Below are positions 25,835 to 39,100 of a stretch of DNA of 64,000 nt, piece by piece. Positions within the stretch are counted from its first letter, which is position 1. Each line of letters begins with the position of its first letter. Made by a program: the position numbers and the translations under genes. The notes beneath the pieces are model-generated. The model had not been told where the DNA came from. It saw only the letters and a program-made list of their open reading frames with translations, and searched no databases. The stretch comes from Octopus vulgaris (Eukaryota): positions 3,162,001-3,226,000 of the forward strand of contig OX597828.1 in assembly GCA_951406725.2 (NCBI GenBank). Direction: 5' to 3'.

Positions 25835-27507
25835 GTGGGCAATTATGGAATGACTTTTTGGGCTTATAAATCTAATATTTTCCTATCATTCCTTAATATC
25901 GGTTCCCATATACTATTCATATCTGCACTCGGTCTGCTTAGGGGGTTGTTGTGTCTTAGCATTTGTGCTGCTTCTTTTAGTTTTCGTGTTTCCAGTGGTG
26001 TTCTCTGTCTATTATTTTAACTTCATCCCACAGGAGGAGGTGGTCTCCGTTTTCCATAATGATCAGCTATACCCGATTTATCAATATCTCCTCGTGTCAC
26101 AGTTTTGTGATGTTCGTCAACCCTTATTTTGAGGGGACGGCATGGGATGGAGTAAACGCAGTGTTTGGTCATATTCTTTTCTATTGGTGGTTTTACTCGA
26201 AGGAGATATTTGCGAAGTGTTGAATACCGTCCTGATGTCATATGGGCCGCATATCTTTTGTATCTTTTCGAAGAGGTCTTTCACATATGGTAGACAAACT
26301 GAGGTCAGTTTATGGGTTTCATCGTCTCTTTTCCTCATAACTGGAGTGGATAGTATGATTTTGGGGTAGTTGTTGCTTAATAGATTGTTACTTAGCTTGA
26401 TCATTTCTTCGTAGTGTGTATCACGATCGCTACTTATATTCTTTGCACGATGTTCTAGGCACTGAGCAATCCCTCTCTTTACACTGTATAGATGGTTGGA
26501 ATTGAAGTTGAGGCATCGTCCATTGAAGGTTGGCTTGCGGTATACGGCTGTCCTGGATCCATACTTGGTGCGTGTTATTAATACGTCCAGGAATGCTAGC
26601 TGATTATCGTTTTCCTTTTCCATTGAGAACTGTATGTATGGCTTTATTGAGTTCACATGATCTAACAGTATTTGAAGATCTTCCTGGTGGGACCAGAGTG
26701 TAAAGGTGTCATCAACATATCGCTTCCATAGGGTTGGTTTTAATGGTGTTGACCCTACAGCTAAATTCTCAAAGTATTCCATGTATATATAATGGTTATT
26801 ATCAGTGATAATGGCGAACCCATAGCTAAACCCTCTTCTAATAGATACATATCAGTGTCAATTCTGAAGTAGGTAGTTTCCAAACAGAAGGCCAACATTT
26901 CCATCAAGTTTCCTATTGGTATACTAGTATGTTCTTTTAGATGGGTGTCTGTCACTAGTTTCTCTTGAATCACCGATAGTGCTTCACCAGTTGGGACTTT
27001 GGTGAACAGGCTTATCACATCTAGACTCACCATCTGGTTGGATTCAATGAGGGTATCCTTGATCAGTTCTGTGAAATGGGTGGAATTATTCACGTACGAT
27101 GTTGACTTCCCTGCTAATGGACTGATTATATCCACAAGGAAGCGCCTCAATGAATGACATGCTGAACCTCTACAGCTCACTATAGGTCTTAATGGAATCC
27201 TTGTGAATCTTAGGGAGACCGTATATGTGTGGTAGTTATCTGTACTTCATTGGTATAAAATAATCCTTGTTCTTGATCAAAATTTTTTGACAACATCCTC
27301 TGTTTTCAGAGTTGGGTCTTTCTTTACTTTGCTGTAGTTACCATCACTTATGAAACTTACCAGTTTTTCAGATTAGTCAGACTTGGTCATCACCACTGTA
27401 GAATTTCCGTTGTCCGCTGGAAGTATTATGATGGAATTGTTGCTCTGTAGTATTTTGATAGCAAACTTTTCTTCCTTAGTGATGTTTGGTTTGGGAAATT
27501 CCCCAAG

Positions 27508-27551
27508 ATACCCGATGAAGGCTGGAGAGTATATCAGCCGAAACGTTGTGT
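27508..27551 (+). ncRNA. Minimal type-I hammerhead ribozyme of the PLE pseudo-LTR
   Basis: atac-CCGATGA-a-GGCTG(gagagtatat)CAGCC-GAA-ACGT-T|gtgt; palindromic stem III typical of PLE minimal HHRs; truncated partner at 25650-25690 (-). Confidence 0.7.
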
Positions 27552-27856
27552 TAACAACACACAAGATGAAGACAAATATCAGTCAAATGTAAATAATATA
27601 AATAATTTATTTATTGAAAAGATTGGCATGACATACATTCTATTTCATCAACTATCCACAAAACGAGACTGAGTCTAACGGCTTCGGCTTTCCTTATTAA
27701 CCATCGACTAACCTTCATTTCACTCTTTCTATGATGAATTGTTTGAATTAGTACATTATTTTAAATTTTCAAATAATACCAGCAGTTTCTAGCATAAACC
27801 TGTTAAAATATTCCTGAAATTTCGGGGGCAGGGATACAATTGAGGGTATAAACCCA

Positions 27857-27890
<34 letters not shown>

Positions 27891-27894
<4 letters not shown>

Positions 27895-28271
27895 TGGGTT
27901 TATACCCTCAATTAATATTATAAAACTTTTCCTACCCAACATGCAGTTCGAAAAAGCCCGCCATTTACCGAATATATGATTTATAAACATCTCCATGTGC
28001 TTCGCCGGAGAGAGCAGATGTCTGTTCGACTTCGCCAGGTAATGTTGGTCGTTTATTTATGATATGTTCAGAATCAGTTCTACTGATGAACATAGACGTA
28101 TTTTTATGCGTTAAGTGTGAAATCACAGGTGATATAGAACTAAATTCATTTTTTAAATGTCTTGCTTTGAAGAACTGCATTAAGTACGATTAGTGATATT
28201 TTGGTAGTAATGACTTATGTCCCTCTTAGTGTGAGGAATGTATGTGTAATAATGCCCTCTATACAATATAA

Positions 28272-28322
<51 letters not shown>

Positions 28323-28342
28323 TGAGGGTATAAATCGAAACA
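27891..28342 (+). mobile_element. ~450-bp non-coding element with 32-bp inverted ends and a central HHR (retrozyme-like or solo pseudo-LTR)
   Basis: tgtttgggtttataccctcaattaatattata (27891-27922) vs tataatattaactgagggtataaatcgaaaca (28311-28342), 3 mismatches. Confidence 0.55.
28071..28147 (+). ncRNA. Complete canonical type-I hammerhead ribozyme
   Basis: Stem I agttcta/tagaact (extended by gaat/attc), core CTGATGA, stem II aca..acgtat(tttt)atgcgt..tgt, GAA, stem III atca(cagg)tgat, cleavage triplet AUA ending at 28134. Confidence 0.85.
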
Positions 28343-28663
28343 CACACACATGCACACAAAACGATGTGTCAACACTAACAATGTGTAAGTATGAGCAGAA
28401 TTAGGTAAGTTGTACTATGTTTGCTTAAAGGCAAATACACCGTAGTTACCTAATAGATCGCGACACTGAGCGAACTGGATGGTTTCACACCTTTTTACCG
28501 AGAGATTTATTCTCCACAGTAGCTGCAGTGTATTTGCCTTTTATCAGTTGATATATGCGACAAACATATCCCAATTAACCTAAATTCTGCTCATATAAAT
28601 ATATAATATATATACACGCGGAAGTTTATGCCGATAGGCATCGCGGAGGCAGCAACACGCACG

Positions 28664-28739
<76 letters not shown>

Positions 28740-30039
28740 GACACACACACACACACGCACAGACACACACACACATATGCACATATTCATGCATGTGTAC
28801 TTGTGTATGTGTGTTACACAGAGAAGTGGTGGAAGAGAGAGAGAGAAATTGGGAAAACACACATAGAAGGAGAGACAAAGTCGAGATGTTAACAATAATT
28901 AGTTACTGTTTGCACATTTCATTTACAGCTAAGAATGAGAGTTGCAAAAATTGTAAAGAAGCAGATCCAAACTTTAAAGACATTAAAGCAAATTAGAGAG
29001 ATAACTTGTTTTGAATGATGTTGAGCAACTTGTAAATTGACATGGCGAGATATAAGAGCCTTAACAACGGATACCGAATAGCATCAAGAAGCTACCTGTC
29101 TCTTAGCTATGTTAACGTGGGAGCATCTGTGAATTCTACTGAAGAGAAAAGACACACATTTTTGTGTATGCATAAATATGTTTATATGCACATTATATGT
29201 ACATTATATATACACACAAACACATAGACATACATACATACATACACAGACACACAGAGACACACACAGATATACATACATATACGCACATATGTATGTT
29301 TGTATGCATGTAGAAAAATCGTTACTAATCCATACAAATTATAGCACAGGAGAAGAGGAAAAGTAAATGAAGTTGAAAAATGCATTATGCAACAAATCTC
29401 GACGTTCACTATAACATACACATTTAAAAATCTTACAAATGTGAAACCGGTTAAGTAAATTTAATGAGTGTTCATATATACACTCACGCACACACACATA
29501 TGTAAAGCTCACACACACATGTATATGTGTATATATGTATACGTGTCGGTTTATATACATGCATATTTGTATTTATATATATACTTACATATAAATACAC
29601 ACACACATATTCATGCATTTATCCACATACAGCATACACATTTTGACACACATGCACACACGTACACACACACACTCATATATGTGGTGTGTTATACATT
29701 TCATTTTTCAAGTTTCCATAATCTACGGCCAAATTATCAACACTTGAGTATTTGATGATGCATAAAAAATTCTACTTTTTTGTCTCATTCTTAGGAGATT
29801 AAGGAAATTCAGCATCGAAAAATAGGGTAACAACTCGTATATGTAAAAACTATTTGAAATATAAGACATTTTATACAGATTCATAAAAAAGTGAGATTCG
29901 TTATTCAGAAAGGAGAACGTTTACACGTGTGGTGTATCATTTAACATTTAAATAGAAACACATGCTCACATACCCACACATATGTATGTATATACACTTA
30001 AATATACAACGCGTATGTATATATTCATACAAAAGCGTT

Positions 30040-30320
30040 GCACCGTAGTATCAAGTTTTGCTTCCAAAACACATGGTTCTGTATTTAGACCCACTGCATG
30101 GCACCTTGGGCAAGTGTCTTATAGTGTAATTCTCGGCTGACTAAAGCCTTATGAGTGGATTTGGTAAACTGAAACTGAAAGAAGCCGTTATGTATATATA
30201 GATATGTACGTGTGTATCTATGCATGTGTGTGTATGTATGTGTATGTGTGTTTGTGGGTCTTTGTGTTTGTCCCCGACAACCACTTGACAACCATTGTTG
30301 GTTTGCTTATGTCCCCATAA
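30040..30320 (+). mobile_element. Decayed tRNA-derived SINE (family of 50099)
   Basis: cacatggttc...cccactgcatggcaccttgggcaagtgtctt...gtggatttggtaaactgaaactgaaagaagcc. Confidence 0.85.
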
Positions 30321-30503
30321 TCCATCGATAAAGCGTTTCAAACCTTTGAACACTTTGACTGAATGAGGTTTACGTAACGGATGCGTTTCCTATTGTATAT
30401 TAGACAAACCTGAAACGTACGTGTTAAATGATTTCAAAATATCACTATTTAGGTTTTATTTACTATTACAAATATATATATATATATATATAAGTATGTA
30501 TGG

Positions 30504-30551
<48 letters not shown>

Positions 30552-30789
30552 GTATATATGTCACATATCATTTGCATATGTAGCGATTCTGTAATTACAA
30601 CACGTCGCATTTAGAAAGCGAAACTAGCTCCTGCCCCCACCTACTCCCACAAAAAATGTTTTCATAATCCTGCATGATCACGGTTTCATTTCTGATTTAA
30701 ACCGCGACCATATTGCTTCAGGTACATTATTCCTACATATATATAAATTCCCCCGTAAGAATATAAGCATACATACATACATACATACA

Positions 30790-30823
<34 letters not shown>

Positions 30824-31696
30824 CATAATACATACATACATACATAATACATACATACATACATACATACATAATACATACATACATAATACATACATAC
30901 AAATGTATGTACACACGCATACACCCACACGCGCACCCACACATACTTACAAGTACGCACAAACATGTAGAAATCGTGCACCGATATCGCAAATAGATCA
31001 AGCAGATTATAGTGTTACATCGCCAAAGGTTTTGTCTCAGTAGGCTGATACCCTAAAATTATAATTACTTTCTGCAAATATTATTCTCTGTGTTCCCCTC
31101 ATTGTCTACCTGTAAGTGATTCTTAGGGTTCACAATGAGTTGACATGCTTCACGAGGAAGTAATCAAACATGTCGTCTGCCAGAACTGAACTAACTTTTA
31201 TTAGACGCATTCGATGCAATCGTTCGTGCTAATCAGACTGTCCCCCAAATCAGTACCTAATTAGCCTTGTCTTGTCGTACCAGTTAGGCGCTTAGTATAA
31301 TTATTAGTTCATTAAGATAGCCTGTTTACATGTAACGGGTCATTCAACCTATCGTTTCTTAATTAAATTATTCTACTCCAGCAATCAGATTATCTCTTCA
31401 CAATTAAACCAATTAAGTAGTCTTGTTCGCTGAATCAATCAACTAATTAAATCATTATTATCTAATTAACATTATTCTACCCTCATCTATCAAAATACTT
31501 CCGTTAACCTTTATATCCATCTGTTTAGTAAATGTCAAGTTAACTGAATTCAACCAGTTAAACTATCCCAAGATTTTAACATGTATAATTTTGCAACAGC
31601 AGCTAGGACAGGAATAACATTTACAAGACTTTCGTCACTTATGACAACTGCTGTAACAACTTCAACAAGATTACAATGATTTATTAATACAAGCAA

Positions 31697-31860
31697 AAAG
31701 CCTTTCCCTTGGATAACATTGGTGGCCTTGAGAGGGGAAACTGGTGTGCATGGCGACTGTTGGTCTTCCACAAACAACCTTGCCCAGACTTGTGCCTCGG
31801 AGGGGAACTTTCTAGGTGCAATCCCATGGTCATTCGTGACCGAAGGGAGTCTTTACCCTT
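31697..31860 (+). mobile_element. 3' part of the SINE family also at 35190
   Basis: ggaggggaactttctaggtgcaatcccatggtcattcgtgaccga shared with 35467-35511. Confidence 0.8.
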
Positions 31861-31959
31861 TCGCAGGCAAAATGTAAAAATCACTGCTCATATCAAGAAA
31901 ACATTATTACATCTCATCCTCCTTTAAAGAAGACCAGCATAAAAATAGATCCTTTGAGA

Positions 31960-32400
31960 AAGAACAACCTTAACGCAACTAGGAACACATCTCAAAGACT
32001 GGATCTTCTCTTTAGAGCCAGAAATAGCTTCACCCCCCGAACGATTACTAATTCCCTACAAAGGTCAAGTGTTGTCGACATTGGAATAATACTCCAGCAT
32101 TTGGGACGGTATGGACTTTACAAGCACAGGCATTCTCGACTGCACCTAGAGTATGGCTCCTCGACTGATATGCATAAAGTCATTCATAGATATGATATAG
32201 TCTCTTACCCATATAAGTCATGTCTCCACACTCTCCTTTTTCTATCGCCATTACACTGACCTCCGCTCCTCTGAATTGACTAGTCTTGCGCCACACTGGC
32301 ATTCAGGCACTTCCAGTTCACTTGTTTTTTCTTCTCATATCACTCAATTCGTGTTTCATCACTCAGATTTAGTAATAAGTATTAACTCATTCTTTCCTCT
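31960..32400 (+). pseudogene. Decayed LINE (CR1/Jockey-like) RT C-terminal fragment
   Basis: SQRLDLLFRARNSFTP followed after a frameshift by LIPYKGQVLSTLE. Confidence 0.55.
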
Positions 32401-32564
32401 AAAGAACATTGATCTTTTGGCTCTTCCTCTATGCTTATGTCTTTCTTACACACATACATATGTACACATTATGTTGAACAAAGTGAATTGAACAACATAT
32501 TACTGTTTCGAAAGTTTTCGTAAGTTCCCTGTTGGCTTCCAGTCATTGCACCGGCCTTTTAATT

Positions 32565-32960
32565 CTGATGGGCGATGAACGCATCCCTAAGCAGGTTTTT
32601 TATGGTGAGCTGTCTGTTGGGAAGTGACCTCAGTAAAAAGGGAAAAAAAGATATATAGAATTGCCGAAAACCAGTCTTGAAGAGTTGAATATCTCCTACA
32701 ATAACACTGAAACTATTGCTGTTGAAATAAATGTCGAAAAAAAGATCTGGTTCAAGGTAAAAGATTTTGAAAAAAACCCCCAAAAAACAACAACAACAAA
32801 ACAAAACAAAAAACAAGTAAAGTATGCAAAAACGAAAGATAATTATTGAAAGTAGCATCTAGCTAAACACAGAAATAGTGTCATCCTTCACTTGCTCAGA
32901 GTCTGGTAAGAATAACCTTTCTAAGCCAGGTTCAACTTCACATCTCAGAACCCATCTACA
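32565..32960 (+). pseudogene. RTE-clade LINE 3' fragment
   Basis: MGDERIPKQVFYGELSVGK...KKRY and a terminal C2H2-like FTCSESGK...SHLRTH. Confidence 0.75.
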
Positions 32961-33543
32961 TACAGCTGACCCAAATGACACAAATATCATTCCAGCAGAT
33001 ATGCTCATTTGCCATATTTTTTTGACCCAGAAGCCATTTACGTGCTCATGCACGTAAAAAGCACATTTAACAAAAACTGTTCAAGCTTTAAAGGCACATA
33101 CTACCTCTAAATATACTCATAGATATATGCATATATAGTTAAGTACATACTTTTCACAGTTAAGCTTAATTGCATGTTTATTAAAAAGCTATATCTTACG
33201 TGTCAAATAAGCCCAAATAACTTTATAGTGCCCAATTAATTAATTAATTAATTAAGTAACTAATACATGTCAGTGTATCTACTGATCTGTCCCAATTTAC
33301 AGCCTAATTATCTTTCCGTGGACAGAAGACGTGTAATCTCCCAGTATGATCCTTTTCTCCTGCTCACAGAGAAACAAAATTACTGGTGTAATCACTTTAC
33401 TATTTACATCGGAGCTAAATGATCAACAACCGCTATATTGTTGCACTGTTTATTGATTAATTAATCCAGTTGATCAGCGCTTGTCTTGTTCTGGTATTGC
33501 AGATTTGCCAGACTACTTTTCGTTTTGATTGAGTTTATATACA

Positions 33544-34341
33544 TATCCGGACTGTTGCCATAGTAACGAAGCTAAAGCACGCAGAGTGAAGTCGCTCGTC
33601 ACAGATCAACCTTCAACTCTGCTGTGCATGTCCACTAAGTTTTAACGTTCCAGCTCACTTCCGCTGTTTACAAAAGTGCTTCGAAGAAAGGTGTATAGCG
33701 TGTGATCGTCGCATTGACCATGGCAGGAAAAGTTGTCATGGCGATACCTGTTCAGAGGCCTACGCAAAATTGCAGAAAGTGCATGGAGAGGGGTGTATGA
33801 GCCGCCGCACACAAGTGTAGGAATATTTCAGACGTTTCCAAGAGGGCCGAAAAAATGTCGATATTGACGAACGTTCTGGGAGAGTCAGAACCAGCAGAAG
33901 CAAGGAAAACATTGCAGATGTGCGTGCAGCTGTAAGGGGAAATCGTGGAATCACCATCCGTGAGTTATCAGAGGATGTGCAGATTAGTTACGGTTCAGTT
34001 CAGCCCATTACCACTGAAGATTTGGGTATGAGACGCGTGTTTGCTAAGTTTGTGCCAAAATTGTTTTCAGCTGACCAAAAGGACATTCGGGTTTCAGTTG
34101 CACAAGATCTTGATTGTGTTGAGAAAGTAGGAAAACATTTTGAAAATACTGCGCATGCCTCTGAGCAGCTATCGCCAAGCTTTTAGCAAGATTTGATGCA
34201 GATTCTCTGAGCTAGAACGTTAAAACTTAATGTGCATGCACAACAGAGTTCAAGGTCAATCTGTGCCAAGCGGCTTTACTTTGTGTGCTTTAGCTTCGTT
34301 ACCATGGTAACAGGCCAGATACTTATTGATCAGATCACGTA
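33544..34341 (+). mobile_element. Non-autonomous mariner derivative with ~115-bp inverted arms
   Basis: Arms 33544-33659 / 34208-34322; internal RFQEGRKNVDIDERSGR...RGITIRELSE...LGMRRVFAKFVPK; right end reads TACGTGATCTGATCAATAAGT on the minus strand. Confidence 0.9.
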
Positions 34342-35189
34342 CATTATAGTTTCCGCATAACCATTTAAAAATCAACCAAGCTTTTAATTCTAATATATTC
34401 AATTCAATATGCTTAAGTACAATATGTTTTTAAAAATCTGCCTGATTTGTGACATCGACAGATACTTCTTTACTGAAGAAAGGCACGGAAAACGTCTTGA
34501 GTTGACTATTCATTACTATGAAAAATACTAACCTAAGTGTAATTTGGTATGATGGTTGCAATATATTCTTCGTGTACTTAAAGCTTCAGTGACATATTTT
34601 GACCTTAGTGGCCGATCCCATTTGATATAGTGATTCAAGCTAGCCAGCTGTCTACAAACAAGAAACAATAGTATTTTGCAAATCCTGTTTCCATTCTCAC
34701 TACCATGGCAATATGATTGAGATTAGTATCAAGCGGTTCAGTAATGTGCCTTTTAGGTAGAAAGAGTAAGCAATGGGGTGTATGACTTTACAATACTATT
34801 ATGTTGTAGAATTGTTTTCAAGCGTTGGTTGTGGTTATTAATGAAAGGACTAGATGCAACTGAGGCAAATTTGTGAAAAGTGCATTGATGTCATTACAAT
34901 AACAGAGCGAACATTGACATGTTGTCAAATAAATATTTCTCTATCGATTGGGACTCATTTGCATATTTTGGTCAAGTAAGCTATCTTCCTTTAGCCTTGA
35001 AGTATGAAGCTCTGTCTTTCCTTGAGGCAGATATAAATCTCAAGAAAGACCGTTTAAACGCTCTTGATCAAATAACTTTGTTTCAAATTTTCTCCAATGT
35101 ATTCAGGTTCTGTAGAAGCTTCCGCATCTCCACCATTTACACGTCAACATTGTCTATATGATAACCTCTTTACTCTTTCCATTTGTGAA

Positions 35190-35520
35190 AGCACATGGCT
35201 CAGTGGTTACAACGTCGGGTTCACAGTCGTGAGGTTGTGAGTTCGATTCCTGAAGCGAGCTGTCTATTATATTCATGAGCAAGATACTTTATTCCACGTT
35301 GCCCCAGTTCCCTCAGCTGTAGAGATGAATTGCGACGTCACTGGAGCCAAGCTGTATCGACCTTTGCCTTTATCTTGGAGAACATCAGTGACGTGGAGAG
35401 AAGAGACTGGTATGCGTGGATGACTGCTGGTCTTCCCCAAGCAAACCTTGCCTGGGCTTGTGCACCGGAGGGGAACTTTCTTGGTGCAATCCCATGGTCA
35501 TTCGTGACCGACGGGGCTCT
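35190..35520 (+). mobile_element. tRNA-derived SINE
   Basis: A box tggctcagtgg, B box gagttcgattcc, then tgagcaagatactttattccacgttgccccagt. Confidence 0.85.
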
Positions 35521-35929
35521 AAAAAATATTGATCATCTCTTTTTTCTTGTATAATCAAATACGTTGTCTAGAAATATTAGTCAACCATAGTATAACAGGT
35601 ATATTTTTCATAAGATCCGTTGAAGCAACATGAGCGTCTTATTGATAAAGGTATCATGATAGCAGGAACATTTAGATGATTTTTTACATTTCACGAGACG
35701 TGCTGAATAAATGACAATTAGACAAGTAATTTTGCTGAAAAATTCTAAATATTTGAAATGTAATTATAAGCCCCTACCCATGTATTTTATCTAAAAACTA
35801 CTGAAAAACTGAAAATAGCTTAGTAATTAGTATAAAAATGCTTTTTGGTCTGTCGAAAGTTATCTTAGAAGGAAATCTTTGTTGAAGGAAATCTTTATCG
35901 GAAAGAAACCCCGCTGTCTAGTAAGAGCA

Positions 35930-35930
35930 C

Positions 35931-36014
<84 letters not shown>

Positions 36015-36044
36015 TGATGATGATAATAATAATAATCAGAGGAA

Positions 36045-36120
<76 letters not shown>
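35930..36120. repeat. (TAA)n followed by (TTA)n, two opposed tracts
   Basis: Directly visible. Confidence 0.95.
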
Positions 36121-36121
<1 letters not shown>

Positions 36122-39100
36122 CTGTGGATATTTTAACTCGCCCTTAAAATAAAATAAGTTAGGAAACTTACATACTTACAGCTTTTGGACACACAAATGA
36201 TCCTCCTTTTTATTCTTAGAACGCTACCATTTCTCTCTGTGCGGTCATACAAAAAAATATATTTAGTAAAACTTAAAACTTTACTATATACAGCTTGTTT
36301 TCTTTTCTCTTTGACTCTCCCTGGTCAACATCAGCTTGTTTGCTGCGGGCCACATATTTGCCGTGCAGAGGTTTCTCCTCTCACCTATCAGCCAATTGCT
36401 CATGCGCTTTTTTCGTTGCCATTATTTTCACCTTCTTTGCAACAATAGTTGCCGTACTTCCCTCGGGTTGTTCAGTTTGGGTATCCTGCACGAGATCAAT
36501 AGCAAATGTTTTGCTTTCCTTTGTGATAGAATGAAGCTTCTTTCGTCTTTCGTGATTTTCCACGAGCTTTAGCATCCAGTCATTCGTTATTTCAAGATAT
36601 TTGGCCAGTCCAATTGTTGTTTTGTAAGCTAGTTCAAATTGGATCAGGCCTCGACTTCCTTGGGCTCTGGGAAGGTAAAGGCGATCTACGTCTGCCTTTG
36701 GGTGGTGCATCCTATTACAACTCAGCAGCTTGCGTATTTTCCTATCTATATTCTTTACTTCACTCATATTCCAGTTCAACACATTGTAGCTATAAGTAAC
36801 AACTGGAACTGCTAAGGAATTTATAGCTAACACCTTGTTACCTGCATTTAGTTCAGATTTCAGGACTGCACGAACTCTCCTATAACATTCCTTCCTGATC
36901 TTCTCTTTCATGCTTGCATGCTGAATATCAGAGCCTTCATTTATCCCTAAAAATTTGTATGTTTGTTCTTGCTCAAGCTCTCATATGACTGTGTCAACAT
37001 CTAACACGACTGAATTTGTGGTCTTCACTTTCCCTTTCTGGAAAGTGGCCTTGGCACGCTTCTCAAGTCCAAACTCCATCCCGATGTCATCGCTGAATGC
37101 TTTCACAGTGCGCAAAAGGCCTTCAAGTTCATTATTGTCTTTACCATAGAGTTTTAAGTCATCCATATAAAATAGATGGCTTATTTTTTTATTGGCAATT
37201 TTATACCCATACCCTGTTCTGTTTAATTCACTTGTAAGGGGTATTAGGGCTATGCAGAATATTAAAGGTGAAAGTGAGTCACCTTGAAAAATTCCACAGT
37301 TGATGTTTATATTTTTTGAAGCAAGTACTCCATTAGAGTGGTATAATTGGAGATTCGTATTCCACAACGACATATTGTGCTTCAGGAAGCTTGAAATCAC
37401 AGGGGAAATTTTGAAGATGTCCACCGATCTCAAGATCCATGGATGTGGTATACTGTCGAAGGCCTTTTTATAGTCAATCCATGCGGAGCTGAGATTTCTG
37501 CGCTTGTTGTGACAGTTCTCAAGGATCATACGATTAATTAGCAGTTGATCTTTGCATCCGTATGAGCCTCGGTGGCACCCGTTTTGTTCAATGGGGAAAA
37601 TATCGTTCTACTCCATGAATGCATGTTTTCTCCGCCAGGATAGATGTTAGGATTTTATACGTGGTGGATAGACAGGTAATAGGCCGATAGTTTTTTGGAA
37701 GGTTGGTTTCGTTATTCTTTGGGAGTAGGTAAGTAATACCACTTGCTAACCATTCAGGTGTTTTCTTTGGGTCTCTCATAATTCCATTGAACAGCTGAAC
37801 TAGCTTACCGTGTGCGCATGGGAGCGATGCGAGCCAGAAATTCGGCACCCTATCTTTACCGGGCGATTTCCAATTATGGGCCTTCGTGAGTGCCTTTCTT
37901 AGGTCTGCTATTGTGATGTCTTCCTATGCTTGTAGTTGTAAATTTTGGTAGGATCCTTCAGTTTGTATAATCCAGTCTGCATTTCTGTTGTACGTCTTCT
38001 TGTCACTCCAAATTCTTTTCTAAAAGTTTTGAACTTCTTCCATGGGAGGGGGGGGGGGTCTTTAACGGTTACTTTCTCCTTCCCTATTTCTCTGTAGAAT
38101 TTTTTGGCATTGGATGTGAACAGCTTATTTTGCTTGTAAAACTTGTTTCTCTTCTCAAATCTTCGTATTCTTTGGGCTTTTGCTTGGACGTTTTGTTTCA
38201 GCGTTTCTTTTATTGATATCTGTTCTTCTCTTGGTGAGGATCCAAATTTTCTCTTCATCTTTCTTCCTGTTCTGGATCTTACATCATTTCCACATATTAG
38301 TTCATTTAATATTGATATTTCCCATCTCATAAATTCAATCTCTTTTTCAATTTTACTTCTCCAGGTTCGATTTCTTCCCAGGTTTGGTTTTCTTTGTTTT
38401 TTCGGGGGCATACAGCTGGTTTCAATTGCCCTAGCAGAAGCGTAAATAATTTCATTTAACTCAGTAAAATCAGGTTTTAATTCTTGTATTATTTCATTTG
38501 TTACATAGTTGCCAATTTGGATTTGTTTTTTATTTTGGTTTGTATTTGAGAGTTTATGAAGTGATTCTCTATCCTTCATACTTGTATGTCTTACAACTTC
38601 AAGCGTATTCAGGATTTTCTGCCTCATTTCTGCCATAGACTCTCTGTGTTCTTCAGCAAATGCGAGGTCTTCAGTTACTGTTGTTTTATCATTTTCCTGG
38701 CTATCTTTAACAGGTTCAATAAAATTTCTTGTATCTTCAGGCCTTTGCGTACTTTGGTCAGATGGCAGTCTTTCAATTAAGCCTCGTGGCGGGCTATACT
38801 GTTCATCTGATTCTTCATTTCCTTTGTGTCTTATATTTATGTCATTTTCCGTTGCGTGCTTGATCGCACTTATTTCACTGTCTGTGAGTCTGTTATTTCT
38901 AAGGATATCCCTCCTCACATTTGCTAATTTGTTCTCGTCCAAATAGGGCCTACTGTCTTGATTCCGTGTTCTCCATATACAGTAAGAGTTTGCGGTGTGT
39001 CTCTCTTGAGATGGCCTACCTAATGCATAGTAATAAGCGTATATTACTTCTTTATACTCTTCTCGGGTCCATTTGTTCCGCTTACATTTTTCTTTGTGGT

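Larger units (their letters stand above)
25615..27600 (-). mobile_element. Decayed 5'-truncated Penelope-like element (RT + GIY-YIG) with inverted terminal pseudo-LTR piece
   Basis: ILPADNGNSTVV, SLDVISLFTKVP, GLAMGSPLS, WKRYVDDTF, LAFLDV, VYRKPT, NNYP, CVYSIPC, RVDEH; 25616-25690 is inverted relative to 27513-27598. Confidence 0.92.

Noticed and set aside
34472-34497. CTGAAGA..GAAAACGTC HHR-like string
   Set aside because: No stem II or stem I
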